DNA from: Eledone cirrhosa
Taxonomy: Eukaryota
Length of the DNA stretch: 64,000 bases
Direction: 5' to 3'
NCBI GenBank assembly: GCA_964016885.1
Contig: OZ024741.1
Span: forward strand, 246,946,001-247,010,000
Translations under genes and position numbers: made by a program
In this document: piece after piece, positions 51,301 through 63,972 of the stretch
How positions within the stretch are numbered: the stretch's first letter is position 1
Layout: each line of letters starts with the position of its first letter
Notes under the pieces: generated by a model
The model's database searches: none
What the model saw: the letters and a program-made list of their open reading frames with translations, nothing else
Told to the model about the DNA's origin: nothing

Positions 51301-54300
51301 ACAAATTATCTACCCCTGATTTTTTTTTACAAATTATCTCCCCCTGATTTTTGTTTACAAATTATCTCCGCCTGATTTTTTTAAAAAAATTATCTCCCCT
51401 TGGACGGCTGGAAATTATCTCCCCTTGGACGGCTAGAAATTACCTCTCCTTGGACGGCTGAAAATTATCTCCCCTTGGACGGCTGGAAATTATCTCCCCT
51501 TGATTTTTTTACAAATTATCTCCCCCTGATTTTTTTTTTACAAATTATCTCCCCCTGATTTTTTTTTACAAATTATCTACCCCTGATTTTTTTTTACAAA
51601 TTATCTCCCCCTGATTTTTTTTACAAATTATCTCCCCTTGATTTTTTTTTACAAATTATCTCCCCCTGATTTTTTTACATATTATCTCCCCCTGATTTTT
51701 TTTACAAATTATCTCCGCCTGATTTTTTTAAATATTATCTCTCCTTGGCTGGCGGGAAATTATCTCCCCTTGGACGGCTGGAAATTATCTCCCCTTGGAA
51801 GGATGGAAATTATCTCCCCTTGGACGGCTGGAAATTATCTACCCCTGATTTTTTTTACAAATTATCTCCCCCTGATTTTTTTACAAATTATCTCCCCCTG
51901 ATTTTTTTTACAAATTATCTCCGCCTGATTTTTTTAAATGTTATCTCTCCTTGGCTGGCGGGAAATTATCTCTCCTTGGACGGCTGGAAATTATCTCCCC
52001 TTGGAAGGATGGAAATTATCTCCCCTTGGACGGCTGAAAATTATCTACCCCTGATTTTTTTTACAAATTATCTCCCCCTGATTTTTTTTACAAATTATCT
52101 CCCCCTGATTTTTTTTACAAATTATCTACCCCTGATTTTTTTTACAAATTATCTCCCCCTGATTTTTTTTACAAATTATCTCCCCCTGATTTTTTTTTTA
52201 CAAATTATCTCCCCCTGATTTTTTTACAAATTATCTCCCCCTGATTTTTTTTTTACAAATTATCTCCCCTTGGCTGGCTGGAAATTATCTCCCCTTGGAG
52301 GCTGGAACTTATCTCCCCTTGGACGGCTAGAAATTACCTCTCCTTGGACGGCTGGAAAATATGTCTCCTTGGACGGCTGGATATTATCTCCCCTTGGACG
52401 GCTGGAAATTATCTCCCCTTGGACGGCTGGAAATTATCTCCCCTTGGATGGCTAGATATTACCTCCCCTTGGACGGCTGGAAATTATCTCCCCTTGATTT
52501 TTTTTACAAATTATCTCCCCCTGATTTTTTTTTACAAATTATCTCCCCCTGATTTTTTTTTACAAATTATCTCCCCCTGATTTTTGTTTACAAATTATCT
52601 CCGCCTGATTTTTTTAAAAAAATTATCTCCCCTTGGACGGCTGGAAATTATCTCCCCTTGGACGGCTAGAAATTACCTCTCCTTGGACGGCTGAAAATTA
52701 TCTCCCCTTGGACGGCTGGAAATTATCTCCCCTTGATTTTTTTACAAATTATCTCCCCCTGATTTTTTTTTTACAAATTATCTCCCCCTGATTTTTTTTT
52801 ACAAATTATCTACCCCTGATTTTTTTTACAAATTATCTCCCCCTGATTTTTTTTACAAATTATCTCCCCCTGATTTTTTTTTACAAATTATCTCCCCCTG
52901 ATTTTTTTACAAATTATCTCCCCCTGATTTTTTTTACAAATTATCTCCGCCTGATTTTTTTAAATATTATCTCTCCTTGGCTGGCGGGAAATTATCTCCC
53001 CTTGGACGGCTGGAAATTATCTCCCCTTGGAAGGATGGAAATTATCTCCCCTTGGACGGCTGGAAATTATCTACCCCTGATTTTTTTTACAAATTATCTC
53101 CCCCTGATTTTTTTACAAATTATCTCCCCCTGATTTTTTTTACAAATTATCTCCGCCTGATTTTTTTAAATGTTATCTCTCCTTGGCTGGCGGGAAATTA
53201 TCTCCGCTTGGACGGCTGGAAATTATCTCCCCTTGGAAGGATGGAAATTATCTCCCCTTGGACGGCTGGAAATTATCTACCCCTGATTTTTTTTACAAAT
53301 TATCTCCCCCTGATTTTTTTTACAAATTATCTCCCCCTGATTTTTTTTACAAATTATCTACCCCTGATTTTTTTTACAAATTATCTCCCCCTGATTTTTT
53401 TTACAAATTATCTCCCCCTGATTTTTTTTTTACAAATTATCTCCCCCTGATTTTTTTAGAAATTATCTCCCCCTGATTTTTTTTACAAATTATCTCCGCC
53501 TGATTTTTTTAAATGTTATCTCTCCTTGGCTGGCGGGAAATTATCTCCCCATGGACGGCTGGAAATTATCTCCCCTTGGAAGGATGGAAATTATCTCCCC
53601 TTGGACGGCTGGAAATTATCTACCCCTGATTTTTTTTACAAATTATCTCCCCCTGATTTTTTTTACAAATTATCTACCCCTGATTTTTTTACAAATTATC
53701 TCCCCTTGGCTGGCTGGAAATTATCTCCCCTTGGACGGCTAGAAATTACCTCTCCTTGGACGGCTGAAAATTATCTCCCCTTGGACGGCTGGAAATTATC
53801 TCCCCTTGATTTTTTTTACAAATTATCACCCCCTGATTTTTTTTTTACAAATTATCTCCCCCTGATTTTTTTTTACAAATTATCTCCCCCTGATTTTTGT
53901 TTACAAATTATCTCCGCCTGATTTTTTAAAAAAAATTATCTCCCCTTGGACGGCTGGAAATTATCTCCCCTTGGACGGCTAGAAATTACCTCCTTGGACG
54001 GCTGAAAATTATCTCCCCTTGGACGGCTGGAAATTATCTCCCCTTGATTTTTTTACAAATTATCTCCCCCTGATTTATTTTTACAAATTATCTCCCCCTG
54101 ATTTTTTTTTACAAATTATCTACCCCTGATTTTTTTTTACAAATTATCTCCCCCTGATTTTTTTTACAAATTATCTCCCCTGATTTTTTTTTACAAATTA
54201 TCTCCCCCTGATTTTTTTACAAATTATCTCCCCCTGATTTTTTTTACAAATTATCTCCGCCTGATTTTTTTAAATATTATCTCTCCTTGGCTGGCGGGAA

Positions 54301-54502
54301 ATTATCTCCCCTTGGACGGCTGGAAATTATCTCCCCTTGGAAGGATGGAAATTATCTCCCCTTGGACGGCTGGAAATTATCTACCCCTGATTTTTTTTAC
54401 AAATTATCTCCCCCTGATTTTTTTACAAATTATCTCCCCCTGATTTTTTTTACAAATGATCTCCGCCTGATTTTTTTAAATGTTATCTCTCCTTGGCTGG
54501 CG
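44810..54502 (+). repeat. ~9.7-kb tandem duplication, copy 1
   Basis: Offsets to copy 2 are 9693 (45296->54989), 9720/9721 (46913->56633, 50154->59875) and 9610 (51638->61248). Shared private variants: GGATGTAAA, CCTCTCGGACG, CTCGCCCTGA, GGCTCGATA, CCCCATGG, AAATGATCTCCG. Confidence 0.93.
51745..52976 (+). repeat. HOR copy lacking one 26-bp B monomer (1232 bp); duplicated at 61355-62586
   Basis: P at 51745, Q at 52270, next P at 52977. The same spacing occurs at 61355, 61880 and 62587. Confidence 0.85.
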
Positions 54503-57500
54503 GGAAATTATCTCCCCTTGGACGGCTAGAAATTACCTCTCCTTGGACGGCTGAAAATTATCTCCCCTTGGACGGCTGGAAATTATCTCCCCTTGATTTT
54601 TTTACAAATTATCTCCCCCTGATTTTTTTTTTACAAATTATCTCCCCCTGATTTTTTTTTACAAATTATCTACCCCTGATTTTTTTTTACAAATTATCTC
54701 CCCCTGATTTTTTTTACGAATTATCTCCCCCTGATTTTTTTTTACAAATTATCTCCCCCTGATTTTTTTAAATGTTATCTCTCCTTGGCTGGCGGGAAAT
54801 TATCTCCCCTTGGACGGCTGGAAATTATCTCCCCTTGGAAGGATGGAAATTATCTCCCCTTGGACGGCTGAAAATTATCTACCCCTGATTTTTTTTACAA
54901 ATTATCTCCTCCTGATTTTTTTACAAATTATCTCCGCCTGATTTTTTTAAATGTTATCTCTCCTTGGCTGGCGGGAAATTATCTCCCCTTGGACGGCTGG
55001 AAATTATCTCCCCTTGGAAGGATGGAAATTATCTCCCCTTGGACGGCTGAAAATTATCTACCCCTGATTTTTTTTACAAATTATCTCCCCCTGATTTTTT
55101 TTACAAATTATCTCCCCCTGATTTTTTTTACAAATTATCTACCCCTTATTTTTTTTACAAATTATCTCCCCCTGATTTTTTTTACAAATTATCTCCCCCT
55201 GATTTTTTTTTACAAATTATCTCCACCTGATTTTTTTTTTACAAATTATCTCCCCCTGATTTTTTTACAAATTATCTCCCCCTGATTTTTTTTACAATCT
55301 CCGCCTGATTTTTTAAAAAATTATCTTCCCTTGGCTGGCGGGAAATTATCTCCCCTTGGACGGCTGGAAATTATCTCCCCTTGGAAGGATGGAAATTATC
55401 TCCCCTTGGACGGCTGGAAATTATCTCCCCTTGCACGGCTGGAAATTATAGCCCCTTGGAGGGCTGGAAATTATCTCCCCTTGATATTTTTTACAAATTA
55501 TCTCCCCCTGATTTTTTTTTCAAATTATCTCCCCCTGATTTTTTTTACAAATTATCTCCCCCCTGATTTTTTTACAAATTATCTCCCCTTGGCTGGCTGG
55601 AAATTATCTCCCCTTGGAGGCTGGAACTTATCTCCCCTTGGACGGCTAGAAATTACCTCTCCTTGGACGGCTGGAAAATATGTCTCCTTGGACGGCTGGA
55701 TATTATCTCCCCTTGGACGGCTGGAAATTATCTCCCCTTGGACGGCTGGAAATTATCTCCCCTTGGATGGCTAGATATTACCTCTCCTTGGACGGCTGAA
55801 AATTATCTCCCCTTGGACGGCTGGAAATTATCTCCCCTTGATTTTTTTACAAATTATCTCCCCCTGATTTTTTTTTACAAATTATCTCCCCCTGATTTTT
55901 TTTTACAAATTATCTACCCCTGATTTTTTTTTACAAATTATCTCCCCCTGATTTTTTTTACAAATTATCTCCCCCTGATTTTTTTTTACAAATTATCTCC
56001 CCCTGATTTTTTTACAAATTATCTCCCCCTGATTTTTTTTACAAATTATCTCCGCCTGATTTTTTTAAATATTATCTCTCCTTGGCTGGCGGGAAATTAT
56101 CTCCCCTTGGACGGCTGGAAATTATCTCCCCTTGGAAGGATGTAAATTATCTCCCCTTGGACGGCTGGAAATTATCTACCCCTGATTTTTTTTATAAATT
56201 ATCTCCCCCTGATTTTTTTACAAATTATCTCCCCCTGATTTTTTTTACAAATTATCTCCGCCTGATTTTTTTAAATGTTATCTCTCCTTGGCTGGCGGGA
56301 AATTATCTCCCCTTGGACGGCTGGAAATTATCTCCCCTTGGAAGGATGGAAATTATCTCCCCTTGGAGGGCTGAAAATTATCTACCCCTGATTTTTTTTA
56401 CAAATTATCTCCCCCTGATTTTTTTTACAAATTATCTCCCCCTGATTTTTTTTACAAATTATCTACCCCTGATTTTTTTTACAAATTATCTCCCCCTGAT
56501 TTTTTTTACAAATTATCTCCCCCTGATTTTTTTTTTACAAATTATCTCCCCCTGATTTTTTTACAAATTATCTCCCCCTGATTTTTTTTTTACAAATTAT
56601 CTCCCCCTGATTTTTTTACAAATTATCTCCCCTTGGCTGGCTGGAAATTATCTCCCCTTGGAGGCAGGAACTTATCTCCCCTTGGACGGCTAGAAATTAC
56701 CTCTCCTTGGACGGCTGGAAAATATGTCTCCTTGGACGGCTGGATATTATCTCCCCTTGGACGGCTAGAAATTACCTCTCGGACGGCTGAAAATTATCTC
56801 CCCTTGGACGGCTGGAAATTATCTCCCCTTGATTTTTTTACAAATTATCTCCCCCTGATTTTTTTTTTACAAATTATCTCCCCCTGATTTTTTTTTACAT
56901 ATTATCTACCCCTGATTTTTTTTACAAATTATCTCCCCCTGATTTTTTTACAAATTATCTCCCCCTGATTTTTTTTTACAAATTATCTCCCCCTGATTTT
57001 TTTACAAATTATCTCCCCCTGATTTTTTTTACAAATTATCTCCGCCTGATTTTTTTAAATATTATCTCTCCTTGGCTGGCGGGAAATTATCTCCCCTTGG
57101 ACGGCTGGAAATTATCTCCCCTTGGAAGGATGGAAATTATCTCCCCTTGGACGGCTGGAAATTATCTACCCCTGATTTTTTTTTACCAATTATCTCCCCC
57201 TGATTTTTTTACAAATTATCTCCCCCTGATTTTTTTTACAAATTATCTCCGCCTGATTTTTTTAAATGTTATCTCTCCTTGGCTGGCGGGAAATTATCTC
57301 CCCTTGGACGGGTGGAAATTATCTCCCCTTGGAAGGATGGAAATTATCTCCCCTTGGACGGCTGAAAATTATCTACCCCTGATTTTTTCTACAAATTATC
57401 TCCCCCTGATTTTTTTTACAAATTATCTCCCCCTGATTTTTTTTTTACAAATTATCTCCCCCTGATTTTTTTACAAATTATCTCCCCCTGATTTTTTTTT

Positions 57501-60500
57501 TACAAATTATCTCCCCCTGATTTTTTTACAAATTATCTCCCCTTGGCTGGCTGGAAATTATCTCCCCTTGGAGGCTGGAACTTATCTCCCCTTGGACGGC
57601 TAGAAATTACCTCTCCTTGGACGGCTGGAAAATATGTCTCCTTGGACGGCTGGATATTATCTCCCCTTGGACGGCTGGAAATTATCTCCCCTTGGACGGC
57701 TGGAAATTATCTCCCCTTGGATGGCTAGATATTACCTCCCCTTGGACGGCTGGAAATTATCTCCCCTTGATTTTTTTTACAAATTATCTCCCCCTGATTT
57801 TTTTTTACAAATTATCTCCCCCTGATTTTTTTTTACAAATTATCTCCCCCTGATTTTTGTTTACAAATTATCTCCGCCTGATTTTTTTAAAAAAATTATC
57901 TCCCCTTGGACGGCTGGAAATTATCTCCCCTTGGACGGCTAGAAATTACCTCCTTGGACGGCTGAAAATTATCTCCCCTTGGACGGCTGGAAATTATCTC
58001 CCCTTGATTTTTTTACAAATTATCTCCCCCTGATTTTTTTTTTACAAATTATCTCCCCCTGATTTTTTTTTACAAATTATCTACCCCTGATTTTTTTTTA
58101 CAAATTATCTCCCCCTGATTTTTTTTACAAATTATCTCCCCTGATTTTTTTTTACAAATTATCTCCCCCTGATTTTTTTACAAATTATCTCCCCCTGATT
58201 TTTTTTACAAATTATCTCCGCCTGATTTTTTTAAATATTATCTCTCCTTGGCTGGCGGGAAATTATCTCCTCTTGGACGGCTGGAAATTATCTCCCCTTG
58301 GAAGGATGGAAATTATCTCCCCTTGGACGGCTGGAAATTATCTACCCCTGATTTTTTTTACAAATTATCTCCCCCTGATTTTTTTACAAATTATCTCGCC
58401 CTGATTTTTTTTACAAATTATCTCCGCCTGATTTTTTTAAATGTTATCTCTCCTTGGCTGGCGGGAAATTATCTCCCCTTGGACGGCTGGAAATTATCTC
58501 CCCTTGGAAGGATGGAAATTATCTCCCCTTGGACGGCTGGAAATTATCTACCCCTGATTTTTTTTACAAATTATCTCCCCCTGATTTTTTTTACAAATTA
58601 TCTCCCCCTGATTTTTTTTTACAAATTATCTACCCCTGATTTTTTTACAAATTATCTCCCCTTGGCTGGCTGGAAATTATCTCCCCTTGGACGGCTAGAA
58701 ATTATCTCTCCTTGGACGGCTGAAAATTATCTCCCCTTGGACGGCTGGAAATTATCTCCCCTTGATTTTTTCACAAATTATCTCCCCCTGATTTTTTTTT
58801 TACAAATTATCTCCCCCTGATTTTTTTTTACAAATTATCTACCCCTGATTTTTTTTAAAAATTATCTCCCCTTGATTTTTTTTACAAATTATCTCCCCCT
58901 GATTTTTTTTTACAAATTATCTCCCCCTGATTTTTTTTTACAAATTATCTCCCCCTGATTTTTGTTTACAAATTATCTCCGCCTGATTTTTTTAAAAAAA
59001 TTATCTCCCCTTGGACGGCTGGAAATTATCTCCCCTTGGACGGCTAGAAATTACCTCTCCTTGGACGGCTGAAAATTATCTCCCCTTGGACGGCTGGAAA
59101 TTATCTCCCCTTGATTTTTTTACAAATTATCTCCCCCTGATTTTTTTTTTACAAATTATCTACCCCTGATTTTTTTTTACAAATTATCTCCCCCTGATTT
59201 TTTTTTACAAATTATCTCCCCCTGATTTTTTTTTACAAATTATCTCCCCCTGATTTTTTTACAAATTATCTCCCCCTGATTTTTTTTACAAATTATCTCC
59301 GCCTGATTTTTTTAAATATTATCTCTCCTTGGCTGGCGGGAAATTATCTCCCCTTGGACGGCTGGAAATTATCTCCCCTTGGAAGGATGGAAATTATCTC
59401 CCCTTGGACGGCTGGAAATTATCTACCCCTGATTTTTTTTACAAATTATCTCCCCCTGATTTTTTTACAAATTATCTCCGCCTGATTTTTTTAAATGTTA
59501 TCTCTCCTTGGCTGGCGGGAAATTATCTCCCCTTGGACGGCTGGAAATTATCTCCCCTTGGAAGGATGGAAATTATCTCCCCTTGGACGGCTGAAAATTA
59601 TCTACCCCTGATTTTTTTTACAAATTATCTCTCCCTGATTTTTTTTACAAATTATCTCCCCCTGATTTTTTTTACAAATTATCTACCCCTGATTTTTTTT
59701 ACAAATTATCTCCCCCTGATTTTTTTTACAAATTATCTCCCCCTGATTTTTTTTTACAAATTGTCTCCCCCTGATTTTTTTTTTACAAATTATCTCCCCC
59801 TGATTTTTTTACAAATTATCTCCCCCTGATTTTTTTTACAATCTCCGCCTGATTTTTTAAAAAATTATCTTCCCTTGGCTGGCGGGAAATTATCTCCCCT
59901 TGGACGGCTGGAAATTATCTCCCCTTGGAAGGATGGAAATTATCTCCCCTTGGACGGCTGGAAATTATCTCCCCTTGCACGGCTGGAAATTATAGCCCCT
60001 TGGAGGGCTGGAAATTATCTCCCCTTGATATTTTTTACAAATTATCTCCCCCTGATTTTTTTTTCAAATTATCTCCCCCTGATTGTTTTTACAAATTATC
60101 TCCCCCCTGATTTTTTTACAAATTATCTCCCCTTGGCTGGCTGGAAATTATCTCCCCTTGGAGGCTGGAACTTATCTCCCCTTGGACGGCTAGAAATTAC
60201 CTCTCCTTGGACGGCTGGAAAATATGTCTCCTTGGACGGCTGGATATTATCTCCCCTTGGACGGCTGGAAATTATCTCCCCTTGGACGGCTGGAAATTAT
60301 CTCCCCTTGGATGGCTAGATATTACCTCCCCTTGGACGGCTGGAAATCATCTCCCCTTGATTTTTTTTACAAATTATCTCCCCCTGATTTTTTTTTACAA
60401 ATTATCTCCCCCTGATTTTTTTTTAAAAATTATCTCCCCCTGATTTTTGTTTACAAATTATCTCCGCCTGATTTTTTTTTAAAAATTATCTCCCCTTGGA

Positions 60501-63500
60501 CGGCTGGAAATTATCTCCCCTTGGACGGCTGGAAATTATATCTCCTTGGACGGCTAGAATTTACCTCTCCTTGGACGGCTGAAAATTATCTCCCCTTGGA
60601 CGGCTGGAAATTATCTCCCCTTGATTTTTTTTACAAATTATCTCCCCCTGATTTTTTTTTACAAATTATCTCCCCCTGATTTTTTTTTACAAATTATCTC
60701 CCCCTAATTTTTTTTTACAAATTATCTCCCCCTAATTTTTTTACAAATTATCTCCCCTTGGCTGGCTGGAAATTATCTCCCCTTGGAGGCTGGAACTTAT
60801 CTCCCCTTGGACGGCTAGAAATTACGTCTCCTTGGACGGCTGGAAAATATGTCTCCTTGGACGGCTCGATATTATCTCCCCTTGGACGGCTGGAAATTAT
60901 CTCCCCTTGGACGGCTGGAAATTATCTCCCCTTGGATGGCTAGATATTACCTCCCCTTGGACGGCTGGAAATTATCTCCCCTTGATTTTTTTAAAAAAAT
61001 TATCTCCCCTTGGACGGCTGGAAATTATCTCCCCTTGGACGGCTAGAAATTACCTCTCCTTGGACGGCTGAAAATTATCTCCCCTTGGACGGCTGGAAAT
61101 TATCTCCCCTTGATTTTTTTACAAATTATCTCCCCCTGATTTTTTTTTTACAAATTATCTCCCCCTGATTTTTTTTTACAAATTATCTACCCCTGATTTT
61201 TTTTTACAAATTATCTCCCCCTGATTTTTTTTACAAATTATCTCCCCTTGATTTTTTTTTACAAATTATCTCCCCCTGATTTTTTTACATATTATCTCCC
61301 CCTGATTTTTTTTACAAATTATCTCCGCCTGATTTTTTTAAATATTATCTCTCCTTGGCTGGCGGGAAATTATCTCCCCTTGGACGGCTGGAAATTATCT
61401 CCCCTTGGAAGGATGGAAATTATCTCCCCTTGGACGGCTGGAAATTATCTACCCCTGATTTTTTTTACAAATTATCTCCCCCTGATTTTTTTACAAATTA
61501 TCTCCCCCTGATTTTTTTTACAAATTATCTCCGCCTGATTTTTTTAAATGTTATCTCTCCTTGGCTGGCGGGAAATTATCTCTCCTTGGACGGCTGGAAA
61601 TTATCTCCCCTTGGAAGGATGGAAATTATCTCCCCTTGGACGGCTGAAAATTATCTACCCCTGATTTTTTTTACAAATTATCTCCCCCTGATTTTTTTTA
61701 CAAATTATCTCCCCCTGATTTTTTTTACAAATTATCTACCCCTGATTTTTTTTACAAATTATCTCCCCCTGATTTTTTTTACAAATTATCTCCCCCTGAT
61801 TTTTTTTTTACAAATTATCTCCCCCTGATTTTTTTACAAATTATCTCCCCCTGATTTTTTTTTTACAAATTATCTCCCCTTGGCTGGCTGGAAATTATCT
61901 CCCCTTGGAGGCTGGAACTTATCTCCCCTTGGACGGCTAGAAATTACCTCTCCTTGGACGGCTGGAAAATATGTCTCCTTGGACGGCTGGATATTATCTC
62001 CCCTTGGACGGCTGGAAATTATCTCCCCTTGGACGGCTGGAAATTATCTCCCCTTGGATGGCTAGATATTACCTCCTCTTGGACGGCTGGAAATTATCTC
62101 CCCTTGATTTTTTTTACAAATTATCTCCCCCTGATTTTTTTTTACAAATTATCTCCCCCTGATTTTTTTTTACAAATTATCTCCCCCTGATTTTTGTTTA
62201 CAAATTATCTCCGCCTGATTTTTTTTAAAAAATTATCTCCCCTTGGACGGCTGGAAATTATCTCCCCTTGGACGGCTAGAAATTACCTCTCCTTGGACGG
62301 CTGAAAATTATCTCCCCTTGGACGGCTGGAAATTATCTCCCCTTGATTTTTTTACAAATTATCTCCCCCTGATTTTTTTTTTACAAATTATCTCCCCCTG
62401 ATTTTTTTTTACAAATTATCTACCCCTGATTTTTTTTACAAATTATCTCCCCCTGATTTTTTTTACAAATTATCTCCCCCTGATTTTTTTTTACAAATTA
62501 TCTCCCCCTGATTTTTTTACAAATTATCTCCCCCTGATTTTTTTTACAAATTATCTCCGCCTGATTTTTTTAAATATTATCTCTCCTTGGCTGGCGGGAA
62601 ATTATCTCCCCTTGGACGGCTGGAAATTATCTCCCCTTGGAAGGATGGAAATTATCTCCCCTTGGACGGCTGGAAATTATCTACCCCTGATTTTTTTTAC
62701 AAATTATCTCCCCCTGATTTTTTTACAAATTATCTCCCCCTGATTTTTTTTACAAATTATCTCCGCCTGATTTTTTTAAATGTTATCTCTCCTTGGCTGG
62801 CGGGAAATTATCTCCCCTTGGACGGCTGGAAATTATCTCCCCTTGGAAGGATGGAAATTATCTCCCCTTGGACGGCTGGAAATTATCTACCCCTGATTTT
62901 TTTTACAAATTATCTCCCCCTGATTTTTTTTACAAATTATCTCCCCCTGATTTTTTTTACAAATTATCTACCCCTGATTTTTTTTACAAATTATCTCCCC
63001 CTGATTTTTTTTACAAATTATCTCCCCCTGATTTTTTTTTTACAAATTATCTCCCCCTGATTTTTTTAGAAATTATCTCCCCCTGATTTTTTTTACAAAT
63101 TATCTCCGCCTGATTTTTTTAAATGTTATCTCTCCTTGGCTGGCGGGAAATTATCTCCCCATGGACGGCTGGAAATTATCTCCCCTTGGAAGGATGGAAA
63201 TTATCTCCCCTTGGACGGCTGGAAATTATCTACCCCTGATTTTTTTTACAAATTATCTCCCCCTGATTTTTTTTACAAATTATCTACCCCTGATTTTTTT
63301 ACAAATTATCTCCCCTTGGCTGGCTGGAAATTATCTCCCCTTGGACGGCTAGAAATTACCTCTCCTTGGACGGCTGAAAATTATCTCCCCTTGGACGGCT
63401 GGAAATTATCTCCCCTTGGACGGCTAGAAATTACCTCCTTGGACGGCTGAAAATTATCTCCCCTTGGACGGCTGGAAATTATCTCCCCTTGATTTTTTTA

Positions 63501-63972
63501 CAAATTATCTCCCCCTGATTTATTTTTACAAATTATCTCCCCCTGATTTTTTTTTACAAATTATCTACCCCTGATTTTTTTTTACAAATTATCTCCCCCT
63601 GATTTTTTTTACAAATTATCTCCCCTGATTTTTTTTTACAAATTATCTCCCCCTGATTTTTTTACAAATTATCTCCCCCTGATTTTTTATACAAATTATC
63701 TCCGCCTGATTTTTTTAAATATTATCTCTCCTTGGCTGGCGGGAAATTATCTCCCCTTGGACGGCTGGAAATTATCTCCCCTTGGAAGGATGGAAATTAT
63801 CTCCCCTTGGACGGCTGGAAATTATCTACCCCTGATTTTTTTTACAAATTATCTCCCCCTGATTTTTTTACAAATTATCTCCCCCTGATTTTTTTTACAA
63901 ATGATCTCCGCCTGATTTTTTTAAATGTTATCTCTCCTTGGCTGGCGGGAAATTATCTCCCCTTGGACGGCT
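54503..63972 (+). repeat. ~9.7-kb tandem duplication, copy 2 (~9.45 kb after whole-monomer indels)
   Basis: It carries the same ordered series of private variants as 44810-54502, ending with AAATGATCTCCGCC at ~63898 versus ~54454. Confidence 0.92.

Noticed and set aside
22-63450. Numerous plus-strand ORFs of 61-268 aa (e.g. 15589-16395) encoding repeats such as KLSPLGRLEIISPWTAGNYLPLDGW and FFTNYLPLI
   Set aside because: They are translations of the satellite. Consensus A has no plus-strand stop, and 27-bp B monomers keep frame. Most ORFs start at TTG and shift frame with T-tract length, and they have no domain-like content. The minus strand is closed by recurring TAA, which explains the strand bias.
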